63,353 bases of DNA, filler included, from Intoshia linei (GCA_001642005.1; 10 parts of 10 records of this genome joined end to end with filler, not necessarily neighbours in it); one strand, 5' to 3'; positions 1-13,872 are shown, counted from the first letter of the whole stretch. Numbers and translations: made by a program. The notes: generated by a model not told the origin, from the sequence alone.

Positions 1-172
1 GAGTCTTTCACCATAGAGAAAAAAATTATAGAATATAAATAAAATATGTCTGATTTGATGATTTTGATTTAAATAATTAAATTACCCTGAGAAATATAAT
101 TTAACCCTGAGCCCTGAGTTGAATTAGAAAACCCAAATTCTCAGGGAGAAAATAACGCAGTTGGCAACCCTG
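1..172. repeat. Terminus of a DNA transposon (ends ...GTTGGCAACCCTG); second copy at 35509-35657
   Basis: Near-identical to 35509-35657. Both copies sit at contig starts and end in the reverse complement of a CAGGGTTGCCAAC terminal motif. Confidence 0.75.
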
Positions 173-289
173 TATATTTTAAAACGCATGATATATATTA
201 TTTTACAAATTTAAACTATAGTTTATTAATTATTAATTTTATATCATTATGATTACAATTATTACTATCTTTTATTAAGTTAACGATGT

Positions 290-829
290 TAGAAAACGTT
301 TTTCCCCCGTAGTTGCCATGCATTTGTTATAATTTTAAGATATAACATAGATTATGTGACACTAATTATATTAATTGAAAAAAATCAATAAAAAATCGTT
401 TATTTTAGATTCACATCCACACAAAAGTTTACATTGGGATGTCACACCTATTAAAAAATCAAGTGCAATTAGCACTAAAAATGTGTATTTTTAAAATAGA
501 AAAACTAATTCGCATACAAAAACATTTAACGCTATCTATTGGAGTTGTGTTTGTCATTTTAAATATCACTTTAAAAATATTAAAAAAATATATATATATA
601 TTTATATTAGAAATTAAAACTGAACTATATTTTAACTATGTGTATTTTTCTATTTTAAAAATACACACTTTTAATTTTAATTGCCCTTGATTCTTTGATG
701 GGTGTGACACCCTAGTGAACTGTTTATAATAAACGATTTTTTATTAATTAATATGATTAGTGTTACATGATCTATGTTATATCTTAAAATTATAACAATA
801 TATGGCAACTACAAGGGAAAACGTTTTCT
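290..829. mobile_element. Foldback MITE with a nested inner MITE (~434-717)
   Basis: About 290-405 is an imperfect inverted repeat of about 728-829. The inner arms GGGATGTCACACCTATT and ATGGGTGTGACACCCTAGTG resemble the CACTAGGGTGTCAC ends at ~54153 and ~56190. A further arm copy lies at ~13490-13600. Confidence 0.7.
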
Positions 830-838
830 TTACTTATA

Positions 839-1856
839 CAGTCTAAGTCCTATTTAACGGAATTTTTGGAACTCAAAATTTAAGGAATTCCGCTAAACAT
901 CCTGTTTAGCAATGTTTTTCTATAGAAACGTCATATTTAACAAAATTATTTTAAAAATTAAAATTATTAAATATAGCTATGAAGAGATATATATTTCTTT
1001 ATTAGAGATTGTGAATACTAAATAAATACAAGTGAATGTTTATAAGGAATTATAATAGTTATTCAAATAAGTGGGGTAGAGAGAAGCTATTTTTAGATTT
1101 TTGTAATATCGCTAAATAAAATAAAATTTATAAAATATTAATTCTAGTTACTGAAATTTAAAAAATTATTTACATTTAATATTTTTTATTTATAAATTTA
1201 TCAAATTTTTGAAAATATTGGAATATTTTGATTTGCTTTTTTTTTATTTGAGATTATCTTGTGACATTTTGTTTCAAGGGTATAAATATCAATTAGAGCC
1301 GATGGAGAGATCTTTGAGGTCATGACTTTTATTTTTTTAATTAAACTTAGATATTCTGATAACTCTGGATATGTTATATCTTCACATACTATATTATCTA
1401 TTTTGGGCTCTTCTTTGATTTCTTCTACTGTTAACTCTTCTAATTCTATACAATTATAATTATTCTGCTCTCCAATTTTTAATTCAGATAATTCTAAAAC
1501 GTCATAATTGTAAGATTTTAATTGGACTAATTGTTCCTTCAAAATAGTTTTTTCAATAGTAATATCGTCAGATAAATCATTTAAACAGATTATTAAAAAA
1601 AGTTTGGTATTCCTTAAACAATTCGTTATTGTGGTGACACTAACTCTATTCCAAGCTTCTACTGAAAAAAAATGCCATCTAGTATTGATATGCCTCGTAT
1701 AATTTATTATAAAATAAGAAAACATATTTTAAGAGTAATATTTTAATTAATGGAATTTTTAGTTTGTCAAAATTTTGCAATTCCGTTAAATAGACATTTT
1801 TTCCGTTAAATAAGAATTCCGATAATTATGAATTCCGTTAAATAGGACTTAGACTG
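839..1856 (-). mobile_element. pogo/Tigger-like internally deleted DNA transposon with both TIRs
   Basis: Perfect 26-bp TIRs (CAGTCTAAGTCCTATTTAACGGAATT at 839-864, reverse complement at 1831-1856) flanked by TA on both sides. The internal ORF 1201-1725 carries the Tigger DDE_1 C-terminal motif EAWNRVSVTTITNCLRNT. Confidence 0.9.
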
Positions 1857-2625
1857 TACTATTTAATACAGCCATATCAAACTCAAAGGCATGGCGGGCG
1901 GCATCATAAAAGTTGTTCTAGCATTACCTTTAAAAACCATTATAGTATGAATCGAGATGATTGTGAAATGCACAATGTCCATTTAAAACAAACCAGATAA
2001 TAAAAGACGTTATAAAGTATATATACAATCGACTTGCATAAATTTTTATAATAAATTTATGACCTTGGAGCTATAAAATTATTTTTTAGAAAAAATCATA
2101 TATTTAATATTTGTAATTAATATTACTATTACTATATATATAATACTATTTTTTCAATGTTAGTATACTAACGTGGAATGCATCATAGATTATGACGCTA
2201 TCGCAAATTTTTTTAACAAGTGGTTGACTGTCAAAAAAGTTTAAAAAACACTGATTTAAACATAAACTGGAAACTAGCTTATTAACATCAGAAAGAAATG
2301 ATTTATTTATTCGCAGTTTTACAGTAGATGATATATTTTCGTCAGTTGATTGCTTTCAGTAAATTTTTTTCGTTAATACTTAGATAAGAATAATTACTTG
2401 GGATACCCAAGTAGAGACTATAAGTAATATTTTAATTGCTAATGTTATCAAATTACTAAAAACCGAAGGTGTCCACAAAAATTTTCCCCAAAACGGAGAC
2501 AGATTATATAACTTTGTTATTATCATATTGAGATGTATTTCAACTTGAAACTCAATCATTATTAACGAGGCGAAGGCCAGTGAATTCTGAAATCTGGATT
2601 ATTAAAATGTTAATCGAATTAATAT

Positions 2626-4791
2626 TTATTCAAGTTTTTTTTTTTTTAATATGGAATATACATAAACAGCGACAATGATCATGAAAATTTGTAGAAGTAC
2701 AATAAATGGCATGAGATTCTGTAGTTGAACAATAATCGGAATGTGGTTTCGATTTATAAGTAATTGAAATCTTTCCCTAGCATCAATCGTTGTAGCATAA
2801 AGTTGAAAAAAAGTAGCCAAGCTGATAAAAACATGAAAAATTTGATGAGAATGTCCAAAAATGTCAAATTTGTGGAAATATCTTTCAGGTAGTCGTGAAC
2901 CATAAAACAGTGTTGCAATAATGGTAAAAATAAAATGTAAAATATGCATAATTAGAGATTTATTGGAACCACATTTTTGATCAAATTGTAGATTTGTGGC
3001 AAAGGGCCATATTTCGACAAGCGAAAAACATTGCCATAATCGATAAGACATTGGGAAAAATATACTAGCAAATATCAAAGTAAATGCAAAAATCCGTATC
3101 ATTTGATTGGAATGTTTTAATCGTGAATATATGGTAAGTAATAGAGATATTGGTGTCATAACCATTATAAAACACATGTACATCTAAAATATTTTATTAA
3201 AACAGTAAAGTCAATTTTAAAAAATTTACAGGATATGGTTCCCGATTCAAGTAGATTACGGAATCCGTACTACGGACGTATATCAAAATATTTATTTTTT
3301 TTGGACCTAAACCAAAAATGGAATATAAAACAATTATGAAAAAAGTAAAGGTTTTTTCTCATAAGGTATAGTAAAATTGTGTTTTTCAAAATAATATTAG
3401 AAAAAAATAGTTAGTATCAATGATATTTTTTATTTTGTGGGTTTATTAAGTGAATTTTTCCAGAGGGTTTGAAATAGTATTTTTTATTAAATTTTAGAAG
3501 AATAAAAGTTGGATTTTTTAAATAATAATGTAGCTTCCTGTAGGCTTTATGGTAAATTCAATAAAATTCTCCTATAAAAATAAATAAAAGTATAAATTTT
3601 TTTTTATATTTCATTTGAATCGCACGGCCCCAAGGGGTTCAGAGACCCCAATCGGAAATCACTGTTTTAAAGGGTGTTTTTCTGACGTTGACATATTTTT
3701 AAAGTAATTTAAGTCGGTGTGACAAAAATATATAATGTTCATTTTCCCAAATCTTTAAATCAATTGGACCGTATGGGCCATACCCACAAATATATGTGAC
3801 CATATTAACCATAAATGTTAAAAGTTACATATGAAAATTTTGGCCATATTGTGAGATCTGGAAAACTGTACGCTTTGTAAGAGGTAGCACTAGTGAGTCC
3901 ATGAAGAGAACAGACAAAATAGTCTATCAAAAAAACCAAATGTCTGATATTCACGGATTTATTGCTAAATGTGTGAGCTGTAGCTGAAAATAACGGTACT
4001 AATATTGACGTAATATAATGAAAAAACATTGGATATAAATACATGATACTTTGACTATAGTTCATATCAACTATATCACTCCATTCTGGGTCATTACAAA
4101 TATGGTAAAAAGTAGTCATGGTAAAAATGATAAAAATAATTGTAGCAAAAATATGAGTCCAAATATTCATCATTTCGTTATTTTTATAAAAAATGGACCT
4201 TAAATAATACATTGAAGGCATATTGGTAGGTCTATATCCACTTTGAATAAAATCTTCCTTGTAAATACTGCCAATGTCACTTGTGTTCAATAACCTTTGA
4301 TTACTTGAAGACAAAACAATTTTTTTTTTAAACACAATCGGTTGTTTCATATTAATGTAGGATGGAAAATCATTCAAATTGTTGGGATGATCAAGTTGAG
4401 ATTGAACATTATTAATTAAATTAGAATACTTTGGAAATTTCATACTGGGGTTACGTTTCAATATGTTTTGCCTTAAACTGTTTGAATGATTAACAGATTT
4501 ATAGTAATCAATTAATTCTTCCTTTTGTGTTTTTTCCATGTCACATTTCGAAATTTCATCAATATATTTTATTGGGTAAAGTATAATATTATCACCGGAA
4601 TGAGTCATTTCTGTAGTTTTAGATTTTTGTAACTTCAACATATTACCTGTCGATTGATTACAATGAGCACACACGTATTTATAATCATTTTTATCCATTT
4701 CATTGGCATTCTCCTTCAATTTATTGTTATTTCCACCAACCTTTTTTTTCTTCCATAAACAATTCATTATTTTGTTATTTTCATTTTTCAT
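2626..4791 (-). CDS. PAQR family / membrane progestin receptor-like 7TM protein; two exons (4791-3829, 3183-2626)
   Basis: PAQR motifs FIQSGYRP, NEMMNIWTH, SATAHTF, FLIDY and RLPERY...FDIFGHSHQIFHVF. Phase-0 GT-AG intron at 3828-3184 (TAT|GTAACT ... TTTTAG|ATG). Confidence 0.92.
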
Positions 4792-5269
4792 GTAATTTAC
4801 AGCTTGATTTAAATGTAAATGTATGTAGTTCGTAGTCAATACATTGAGAATTTGCGAATTTCAATTCTATTGTAAATGGAATAATCCTTTTTATTGACCT
4901 CAATTAAAAATTACACATAATCATTTAGTATAAAATTCTTGTCTTGATTTTTATAAAATTATATTGCCCTTTATTATACTTGACATTAATTATACCATAT
5001 CATACTACATTGGATTGTTCAATGTGTGTATTTAAACTACAATTGGATACATTAAAATAGTATTACAATATACATGTCTTATTAAAAGTATATCATAAAT
5101 AACAATGATATGCTACTTAAAAGTGCATTCAAATTACACCATTTAAAGGTTAATTTCAAAAAAAATAATGTTGATTTACATTAAAAGTAATGTCGATTTC
5201 AAAAAAGTAAATATAATTTCATTAATTTAAATGTAATTAAAATATACTTTGATAAAAAATGAGTTAGCT

Positions 5270-6280
5270 CGATATTGATAACGATTAAAATTATTGATAA
5301 CAATTTAATTTATTGATAACTGTGATATTGTTGATTATTCTCATTAACTCACAAGTATGCAAGAAATTAATAAAAGAAGAGCAAAGTTAGGATTATGAAG
5401 AGGTTCATATAAATCACCTGCTACTTTAAACAAGGAAGCGAGTGGTAGAGTCCGCTATGTATGGGTAGAATTGAAAATAAATTGACCCTTGGACGATCAT
5501 GCTGGACGCTGGCATTATAAAATGTAATATTAATCAGGAATATTGGAAATTTTTAGTCAAACGTTTATTAATTCAAATGGAAAAAAAGAATAAGGAAAAT
5601 AAAACATTTGATATTAATCATTGCAGTGTCAATTTACACGAAGCAATTCAAACAATATCGCAATGTTAGGGTATATTAAAAGAAAATACAATTCAAAACT
5701 GTTTTAAAAAATGTGGATTCATTGTTCTTGATGATAATTGTACACAGCATAAGACGTATTATATATTTCATCATTTATCAATTTAAACTTTAGATTTAAT
5801 TATGAAATTTCTGCAACATATAAATTTTTATAGTTTTAAAAAAATCACTGGATGTAAATTAAATATTGAAGATTACAATTAAAAATTATGAATAAGAAAT
5901 GTAAAAAGTAGAATATTAAATTTGCTAGAATAACATTTGTTATAACAACTGTTCTATTTTGTTCTTATTATTTTTAATAAAATTGTTTTACCTGATATTA
6001 CAGAATGGAATAATTTTCAACGTTTTTATCAAATAGACATTGATTTTGACGAATATTCTCGCTGTAATGAAAATTTAACCACAAGAAACAATCAATTAAT
6101 TGAAGAAGATATCATTAATGAAACAATTGAATCCCATCAGTCAAATAGTGATTTTATTGATACCTTTGACATAAAAGATTGTTTATATCGATTAGACTAT
6201 CTTAAACAATCTTTAATAAAAAAACTACACTTATCTCAAAAAATAAAAGAATGCTTAAATATTAGAAAAATATTTCATTA
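5270..6280 (+). pseudogene. Degraded Tigger/pogo transposase remnant
   Basis: The fragment TIQNCFKKCGF (~5688-5720) is typical of the Tigger DDE_1 C-terminus; the surrounding frames have many stops. Confidence 0.55.
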
Positions 6281-6859
6281 ATACTTAATTTTATAATAAA
6301 AATTACATTATAATTAACTTAAATGTAAAATTAAAAATATTTGTGTGTTAAACTTGCATTTCGCCAAGTTAAATTTTCAATTTCATTAACCCTTTCACTG
6401 TCTGTGTATTCTATCTATACACAACAATTTCACTTCACACGTCTGTTTATTGTATAATATACACAGCATAATTTTGAAAAACTTTATTCTCTTATTTTCA
6501 CATAAGTAATTTAAAAATACAGTGGAATCCACTTATAAGAGACGTCCGGATATAAGGGACAAAAAGCTAGAAACGGAATGAAACGCTTGTTTTGTATATA
6601 AATCACAGACAAATAGAAGGGACAAAATCCGCTTATAGTGGACAGGCAATTTGTTTTTTAAAATAAATTATTAATTAAATTTTTAAATAAGTTTGGTTCA
6701 AAAAATTTCCTAAAAACCCCCCTTGAAAGTTTGGTTCAAAAAAAATCTTAAAAACCTCCATTGAAAGTTTGGTTAATATTTTTATTGCTAATTTCTCAAT
6801 TAATAATTAATTTTAAATTAACATAATTAATTAATTATTATTAAATAAATTAATTTCCA

Positions 6860-7262
6860 AAATGGAACATGTTTTTCATGTATTGTTTACAGTAAATTAA
6901 TTGTTTACTACATATTTTATCAGATCAATAAAAAGTCTATATTATCTATCTTCCCTGAGAAGAATTAATATTTTATATTTCTTGATTGATGTTTCACAGA
7001 ATCATGAATATTGAGTGATTTTTTGTCCCATTTTCAATTTGAAATTTAAAGTTTTTTTTATGAATAAAAACTTAGCTCGGTCATAAATTTTAATAAAATA
7101 ATTAAATAAAACCTCTGCTCCTAAAATAGAACAATGGTGGTTTCCCAATAAGTTTTTACACTTGTAATTTAATACCAAAGAATTTACTTTTACATGATTT
7201 TCACGTTTTATATTAGTATTTCTAAGTCTTTGTTTTAAAAACGACTTTATGTTATGTAAACC
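6860..7262. repeat. Dispersed hAT-like non-autonomous repeat family
   Basis: Highly similar copies at ~26250-26720 (same orientation) and at ~10320-10600 and ~45327-45762 (opposite orientation). Terminal motif CAGCCATTCTCAACGGGGTCC. Confidence 0.8.
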
Positions 7263-8292
7263 CCAATACAAAATGATGATATTAATTATAATTATCAAAT
7301 ATATATATATATATTATAGATTTTAAAGATTGGTTGAAGAAATGTTTTGAAAATATAAATCAATTTTTGAATATATTTTCAAAATAAAAAATGGCATTGA
7401 CGTGCAAATAATTTTTTTAACGTTAAAATAAGTATCAAAAGTGAAAACCCTAATGTACAATTTATGAATTACGATTTATAGTAAATATAGCAAATGTTTA
7501 TTAATAATTTACAAATGCCGCATCTTTTGACAAGTGTATCAACCAATTCACGATTTTATATACTTTAACATGCGGTGTTTTATAATATAAATTTGAGGAA
7601 AATTTTTATTCATTTATTAATTTATCGAAATAAAAGTTTTCCAATGCTCCTGGTGTTTCTCTAAAATAATGTGTAACAGTGTATGTAATTTTAAAATTAC
7701 AAAAAATTTATTCTCATCATATTTCTCATATCTAATGCAGTCGTTCTCAACTAATTTTTTCTCATACCCCCTAGAGCTATTATATTATTCACGCACCTAT
7801 ATGTAATAGAAATATATCAAAATTAAAATGGTATTTACAACCATAATTAATGATAATTTTAAGCAGATATATTTTTTCTTAATTTCAAAATACGAAGTTT
7901 AGTAGAAGAGCACAACGTAAATCGTCTTCAACATTTAATCTGCTTATTTTTTTATGTCTAAAAGAGTAGAAAATGCACATTTACACAAGTGCGTTGATAT
8001 GAAAGGTAACAGAAATCTAATAGCTTTTTCTCCAAGTTTAGGATAATAATTACACATCTTTGACAAAAATATGGTTATTTATTCTTCAGCATATGCATCT
8101 TTTGCATTGAATCTCTAATTTATTTTCGAATATTCATTTTTCCCGGTTCAAAAAGTAAAATTCAACCTTAGGGGGAATTCTTCTTTATTGAGAATCAGTA
8201 ATATATAATGTAATGTCGAAAATATTTTCAGATCAATAAACTACATCAGTTTTAGTTAATATAAGACAACAATGTTCCAACAAAATAAAATT

Positions 8293-10028
8293 TCAGACTC
8301 TTAAATATACTTTTCCTAATTCACCAAAATATAAAAGTGAACAACGTAATGTATCAAAAAAATAATGATAAATTAATAAATAAAACATACCAATCGGTTT
8401 AACGTGCGACTCCTTCTTTTCAGGTAAATTTAAACTTTGAAATTCATCAAAATTGGAAGAATTAGTTTGATGACCCAACTGGCAGTCGACTGAACGATAA
8501 TTTTTGGAACAATTAAGTTGAGATTTAGAAATTTTTTTTTTAGGTATACAACAATGAATACAAGCAATCACCACATTATAAACAATTCCAATTAATGGGA
8601 AAAAAATGAACATTAAACAGGAAAGAAACACAACAACCATAATTGCAGAGACAATCAATTTGAAAGCAACAAGCGTAACTCCGTACGGTTGTAAAAAAAA
8701 TGCAATTATTGGAAAAACAACCACGAGTAAAATTATCGCAGTAATAGTCACACATACAGACATATATTCCACATAATTTGTGCAACAATCATTTGGTAAT
8801 GTGTACGAATTTTTAATGTGAACTTGAATCTTTGCAATGCTTTTAAAATTAACACTTTTCAATTTTTCCATTTTATAAAATTTCCACCTTAAACGTTCCA
8901 ACGCATCCGACAATGAAACCTTTTGATAGTAATGCAATGGTGGTTCACGAACGTCTTGATAATTCTTCAGATCAAATAAAGTCATATTCTTTACTTTTTT
9001 CTTGGATTGTTTGCACTTATTGTGAATTAAAGATATAAATATACATAAAATGGAACCAAGTAGAATGGACAATAAAAGGGAGAATAATATTGGTTCATTT
9101 GCGTTAGTATAAATAAAAAATTTGTTTTCCAGTAAAATGAATTGATGTTGAGTGAAAATTGTTTTATTTTTTTCAAAAATGTTATCATACGGTAAATTCT
9201 CAAATTGATTGTTCAATAAACTATTTTGTTCGACTTTTGAAAATATAAATGACAAACAAATCCACACTGTAATGGATGATATAGAGCTGGTAATTGATGA
9301 TATAACAAAAGCTATACCGGAGCAACCATCCCAAATCAAAGAAAATATCAACGGCATTAAAACACCGGAAAATAAAATTGCACCGACTTTATAAATCCAC
9401 ATTTTTTCAATGATATTATCAAGCATGTTGTGAACAACCATAAATATCAACAAAATTATACCAGATCCCAATATTACCACGTGCTTTACCAACATGCATC
9501 TTTTGTTGTACTCGTTTAATAGTTTTTTTTCTTGAGATTCGTCTGTACCATTGTCGGTTACTGTGTTGATACAAGAGTCTGTAGACATGCATCGCATTAA
9601 ATTTAAATTACTTTCAATTGGTTCGCACCAATATGTTTCACACGGTGCAATGAAAGGTATATAAATGTCGTAAATCACTATTGAAGCTATTGAAAGTATT
9701 TGAGAAGATAAAGTTACAAAAGATGTCATAATAATTACAATTACAACCAATAATTGTCCCCAAACTTTATATAATAGATCCGCTATTAATGTAACAATGT
9801 TACCTATAATTTAAAAAACTTATGTAAATTTGTTTAAATAATAAAACCTTGTCGATTTGCAAATTCAATGAAATTTTGATGGATCAAAGAATAACTCCAA
9901 TATGTTAATCCCAATGTAAATGTAATTGACGATAATATTGAAATATAACCAAATCCAGCAATCAGAAAAGACCAAGACATTTTTGTTGGACTAGTGCTAA
10001 TCACATTTAACCACATTGATTGATCCAA
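8293..10028 (-). CDS. DUR3-like urea/solute:cation symporter (SSF/SLC5-related), 3' portion
   Basis: Multiple TM helices. Motifs LDQSMWLNVIS...FLIAGFGY and MTSFVTLSSQILSIASIVIYDIY match the DUR3 pattern (D..YW.. / M....S..LIAVSSI.TYDIY). Short intron at ~9847-9805. The 5' exons are not in this contig, and the true 3' end may be spliced at ~8390. Confidence 0.75.
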
Positions 10029-10600
10029 TACCAGATATACCAACGAACCTAAAATTCACAAATTCATACAATTCAAATTAAAAAAAATCAAAATGACCTG
10101 AATTTTATAAAATTTTAACAAAATATAAATTCTAAGTTATGGCTTCCTGCTCAGAATGTTAAAAAATGTACATTTTAAAAATTTTCATTTTCATGGTCAA
10201 AAACCCAAATGCCGTTTTAAAAAAACAAACACTAATTTGAGAAATTTAGTTAAATTAATACTTAGTGATTGTGATTTCCCGGGAAAAATAAAAAATTTTT
10301 ATTCATATATAATATAGAACAGCCATTCTCAACGGGGTCCATTTTTTAGGGGTCGATGAAAATTATATACATTTATTACATATTATAGACATTTTCAGTA
10401 ACATAAAGTTGTTTTTAAAACAAAAACTCAGAAATACTAATATAAAACGTGAAAATCATGTAAAAGTAAATTCTTTGGTATTAAATTAAATTACAAGTGT
10501 AAAAACTTATTGAGAAACCTCCATTGTTCTATTTTAAAAACAGCAATTTTATTTAATTATTTTATTAAAATTTATGACCGAGCCAAGTTTCTAGTCATAA

Positions 10601-10700
10601 NNNNNNNNNNNNNNNNNNNNNNNNNNNNNNNNNNNNNNNNNNNNTTAATTAATTAANNNNNNNNNNNNNNNNNNNNNNNNNNNNNNNNNNNNNNNNNNNN
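10601..10700. other. Artificial contig spacer N44-TTAATTAATTAA-N44 (also at 27132-27231, 35409-35508, 41658-41757, 49284-49383, 52496-52595, 57244-57343, 59231-59330, 61903-62002)
   Basis: Nine identical 100-nt spacers; the central 12-mer places stop codons in all six frames. Confidence 0.98.
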
Positions 10701-11223
10701 AATGAAACTATCTTAAATTTTTAATAAAATTAAACTGTACATAATGATATAAAAGTAATATTTTTGGTTGATTAATTAATTAATTAAATATTTTTTATAT
10801 ATATAACGAGAATTAAGCATCCATTTAAGTACTGTTATTTTAAATTTATTAACAATTAAAGTAAACAATTAATTCGCATCTCAATAAACTAAAGCCATTT
10901 TTAAGAATATTTTTGACAATATGTATAAGTTTTTATAAATGTATGTCTGCAATTACAATTTCTTAAAACGTGCAAAGTAAAATAGCCAAGATAAAATTTA
11001 TACTCCATGGTATAAAATATAAATACGCAATATTATACATCATATTTGAATATTAATTAATTCTGAGTAACCTTAACATAATTTTGACGATAATTTAAAT
11101 TTAAATACAAAAATCTAAATATAAATTTATTTATGAAGTGATAAATCGCTATCATACTAATCGAGATTCGAATATATACTTTTGATATAACTCACTTGTG
11201 ATGTCTAACTGGCAGAGTGGTTA

Positions 11224-12674
11224 TCCTAATTTATATAAAATGCGACGCGATTTTTGTTTGTGTCTGTCTGTGTGTTGGTGTATGTTACTTTTTTGAAATA
11301 AGTAGCACTCTTAGAATTTTTTAAAGACCACATTTCAATTACAGTTTTTTCCGGGGCGTATAATAAGATAAATTTCAACCTCCCAATTTCACATTTTAAG
11401 GGTCAAAAACCCCTGTTGTCCCTGTTTTTGAAAATTAAACGAGTTGGAGAATTTAAACAAATATATACGCTGATGCGAATTTTAAAATTATAAATATTAT
11501 CATAAATTTAAATTTAAAAAAGTTATATTCTTAGTGCCAAAACACCAAATTACCCTTCCTTTTTTTGAAAACAGCCCTAAAATTTCAAAAAATTTACAGG
11601 TGGTAGAGTTGTATTATGTTAACACACATAAAAAAGTTCAATCCGAATAAATGACGACTTCATGGTCAAAAAAGCATTTTAGTATTCATATATTTTTTTC
11701 CGAATCATTTTATTAAAACAATAAATGTGAAATAATTAACAGTCCGAAAATTAAAAAAAGGATTATTCTGATAGAGCTTATTCCAGTTGATATAAATACA
11801 AAATTTCAACCCCAGAAATCTACGCATTCCCAGTGAAAAATAATTTTTAATATATTATCAACCAATATTTTTCAAATATTTCGATTAAATAAAATTAAAA
11901 ATATAAATATTGATCCTACAATTTCAAAAAAAATGTGGATTGTACGTCTACACATTTCCAATAAAGACATATGGGTGAAAAATCTATATAATTCATTCCT
12001 TCGGAATGATTTTTCATTGCTACGCAATTTTTAAATTTCAAATATTCATTTTCAAAAAATTTTGTAAACTTTAATAAATTTATGACACACAGCAACGTAA
12101 TATAAAATATAAAATAAAATTTACACTAACTGAAACGTGTTATTTTTTTTATTGATAATTGTTACAAATTTAACATAATGGTAATAAAAGAAAAACTACA
12201 TTAAGTAGCTAACAGTCTAAAATAATGAAGATGAGACGTTTCAATGAGTCTCAAAAAGAACATGATATCCGAAATAGGTAAGACAACAATTTTTTTTTTA
12301 ATTTTATTTTTTCTGAAATTTATGGTATTTATGAAAATTTTTAGGATTGGACTGTTTTTACTTTATTTTTAATATTATACACATATTCTGTCTAATAAAT
12401 TAAAAAAATAGGATAATAATTGTTTTTAAAATTCTTTACGCAAATGTTAAAAAAAAAATTAAGATGGAATTATTCACTTTAAAGTAACTAGTAATGTGAT
12501 ATGACGGTTTCACCTGAAACCAATTTGGAACCACTCCTTTAAAGGATTGATAATAGTTAATTGTAGGATTTTTAAGTTAGATTTTCAAGGTGAATTTATT
12601 TTTTTGGTATAATAAAAGAGTGCCCTCGGGAGAGCTAGGTGCTGTTTGTACGTAGTACAAAACAGCCAAGCTAG
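11224..12674 (+). mobile_element. Non-autonomous Helitron, full-length copy
   Basis: 5' end A|TCCTAATTTATATAAAATGC followed by a TTTGTTTG/TCTG microsatellite. 3' end has the hairpin CTGTTTGTAC-gta-GTACAAAACAG then CTAG|T. No TSD; inserted between A and T. Confidence 0.82.
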
Positions 12675-13872
12675 TAGTCATATAATTGTATTTTATTAGT
12701 GACACTTCAATTGTTCACTTTGAATAATCTTTCGAAATAATTTTATGAAATTGTTTGGCTTTTATTTTGTGAAATTTAAGTTTTTATGAAGTGAAAATGT
12801 TATGTAAATTTTAGTAAAAATGAATAGTCTCGTAAGGGTTAAAGTTTTCATTTTATAATTTCTCAGTTAGTTTATTGAAAATTTCAATAATCCGTTGTCG
12901 TGCTAATAAATTTAAATAATACAATTATATAATAATAACTTAAATAATATAATATGTACCAATTTTCAATTTATTTGAATTATAAAAATTTTAAAAATGT
13001 CGAATATTGAAATGATGAAATCATTTCAAAGTTTACAAGAAATATCCGAAATATTTTCATATTTTGTCGAATCAAACGATATAATAATGACCTTTGAACC
13101 TTGTGAAAGATCATTTTGGACATTAATTAATGTTAGTAAATTAACTATTAAACTTGAAAATATATGTTCAAAAAGTATAAACAAATTTAATATAAATTCG
13201 TACCAATTAGCTATGTGAAAATGTACTTATATAAAAAAATAGGAATACAAATAGTATCTACGGTAATAAAATATTCACAAAAGTGATGAATTCAATTTTA
13301 TCATTTTTAAATTCGTTTTATTCTTAATATTATAAACTTAATAAAATTATTTTCTCACAATAGTACTTAAAAAGTATTTCAGTAGAAGCATTTAAAATAT
13401 TTTGACCCAGTTCATATAAATTCATGTCTTTTTGAAATTATATAATTTTTTTAAAAATAAAGAAAAGTTTGTCCGTGAACTGGGTATAAAATAAACGATT
13501 TTTTATTGATTTTTTTTAATAATATGATTAGTGTCACCTGATCTATGTTATAACTTAAAATTATAACAAATGCATGTCAACTACGGGTGAAAAATGTTGC
13601 CATATTTTTTTACTATGAAAAATGTTAGAAAAATACAAAAAGGTAAAGACACGGAGGTTTTTTGTGACAAGAATAAAAAAATGTATATCATTCTGCAGCC
13701 AATTAAATGGATATTATTATTTATATATGTCTTTTTAAATTTCAAAAAAATGTCTAAATTGGAATAGCTTTATTATATACACATTCTGTCTAATAAATGA
13801 ATCTGAAAAAATTGAGAAGCAATACCGTCTATAATGTAGGATATTGTATTTATTTATTTTATATATGTTTAG

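Noticed and set aside
439-690. Short ORFs such as 439-690, 7002-7298, 15827-16153, 32264-32521, 54415-54612 and 56539-56760
   Set aside because: They fall within MITEs or repeats and have I/K/F/N-biased composition expected by chance in AT-rich DNA.
8576-9394. Overlapping or antisense ORFs (8576-8788, 9209-9394, 13911-14138, 50726-50965, 53134-53346)
   Set aside because: Shadow frames of real coding sequence, with no motifs.
10601-10700. Recurrent TTAATTAATTAA motif inside N runs, nine times
   Set aside because: Artificial six-frame-stop contig linker, not biological. ORFs running into it (59052-59282, and the end of 59283-59894) have artefactual ends.
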